In this document: one piece after another, positions 63,246-64,000 of the stretch | How the letters are laid out: every line of letters begins with the position of its first letter | How positions within the stretch are numbered: the first letter of the stretch is position 1 | Source: a virus | Virus record (IMG/VR): IMGVR_UViG_3300034159_000059 | Length of the DNA stretch: 64,000 nucleotides | Strand: one strand, 5' to 3' | Translations under genes and position numbers: made by a program | Notes under the pieces: generated by a model | What the model saw: the letters and a program-made list of their open reading frames with translations, nothing else | What the model was told of the DNA's origin: nothing | The model's database searches: none

Positions 63246-64000
63246 GAGAAACCGATGCCCCACTCTCGCGCCTAGCCAATAGAGGCATCATCCGCGAGAG
63301 TGGGGCGTACTTCCGGCCATCCCCCGTGAGGGATGGCGAACCCTACCACCAGCGAGTTGTCTGTACAAGGAGGAGCCGTGCGCAGCTTTTTCTTCGCACT
63401 CTTCTTCACGATCTCTGGAGTCTTGTTTTCTGACTGGGCAAGACTTCGATACGAACACGTCGTCCTGACGGAGGACTACACACATCTCCGGAAGATCTCG
63501 GACGGAACCATCGACTTCAACTGGAGACTCCTCTCGACCCTAGATCAGTGCGTCTCATCTCTCGATGAGCAGAAACGTATCGCGCTCAGCAACGTGTTGG
63601 TGAAAAGAGAACGTCCACGGAAGCAAAAGGGCCACGTCAGTAAAGTCGCCCTCAGAGGGTGGGAGAGAACCGATGAAAGGGCCGTTCTTCAGGTTCGGGA
63701 CTGACGGGAATCTCATGTTCCCTAGAGGGCGCTACGGCGGAAAGACCGTGGAAGAAGTCTCTCGGCTAGACCCTGCGTACCTGCGCTTCATGAGAAGAAA
63801 GCAGACTCTCTTCGTCGAACCTGGAGTCATCGAGGGCATTGATGCCATCATGGTGAAGAACGGGGTCCCGTTCGAGATCCCTAAAAAGAGGGGGAAGAAG
63901 TAGTCCTACTCACCAACCAAGATTTGCGGCATTCCTAGAGTATGCTCCGTGAAAGTCTTCCATCTTTCTTCGACGAGCTCGGCAAGATCGCAGAGGATCT

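Noticed and set aside
1-64000. CRISPR arrays, transposases or IS elements, integrase
   Set aside because: No direct-repeat/spacer periodicity, no transposase- or integrase-like ORFs were seen in this window.

Overview
This 64-kb window is GC-rich (roughly 58-60%) and compact, with Shine-Dalgarno sites before most starts. It looks like part of a large phage or phage-derived mobile element; no capsid or tail genes fall inside the window. Genes run on the + strand from 1 to about 49.8 kb. A convergent bidirectional terminator sits at about 49.82 kb. A block of - strand genes follows from 49.9 to 62.6 kb. That block includes a GH108 lysozyme, a small membrane protein, a GroES-like co-chaperonin, HAD and P-loop enzymes, and a Cro-like regulator. 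A divergent cI-like regulator lies on the + strand at the right edge.

The first 26 kb carry a dispersed array of about 40 tRNA genes (8.0-25.3 kb), interleaved with four HNH homing endonucleases and many small ORFs. RNA-repair and translation-rescue functions are spread across the window: a tmRNA at 44.27-44.65 kb, PTH2, RtcB, two HAD phosphatases, P-loop kinases, a WGR-ligase and a DEDDh exonuclease. Nucleotide-metabolism genes include a PurA-family adenylosuccinate-synthetase homologue, dCMP deaminase, three SLOG-type Rossmann proteins and an N6-adenine methyltransferase.

The most unusual content is at 32.9-44.3 kb. An 851-aa ORF has clear hallmarks of the eukaryotic Major Vault Protein (MVP). 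Immediately upstream are an AAA+ ATPase, a DUF1257/DUF2997 pair and a 661-aa SWIM-finger protein. At least six otherwise unrelated proteins in the window, including a vWA protein and a YpsA-like SLOG protein, end in a shared C-terminal motif K-R-[IV]-V-E-[LV]. I read this as a candidate cargo-targeting tag for a phage-encoded vault-like compartment; this is inference from the sequence alone.

Several tRNAs are non-canonical. The initiator tRNA carries a hairpin inserted in its variable loop. Four tRNAs have C instead of U at position 33. Three tRNA-like elements have atypical anticodon arms.
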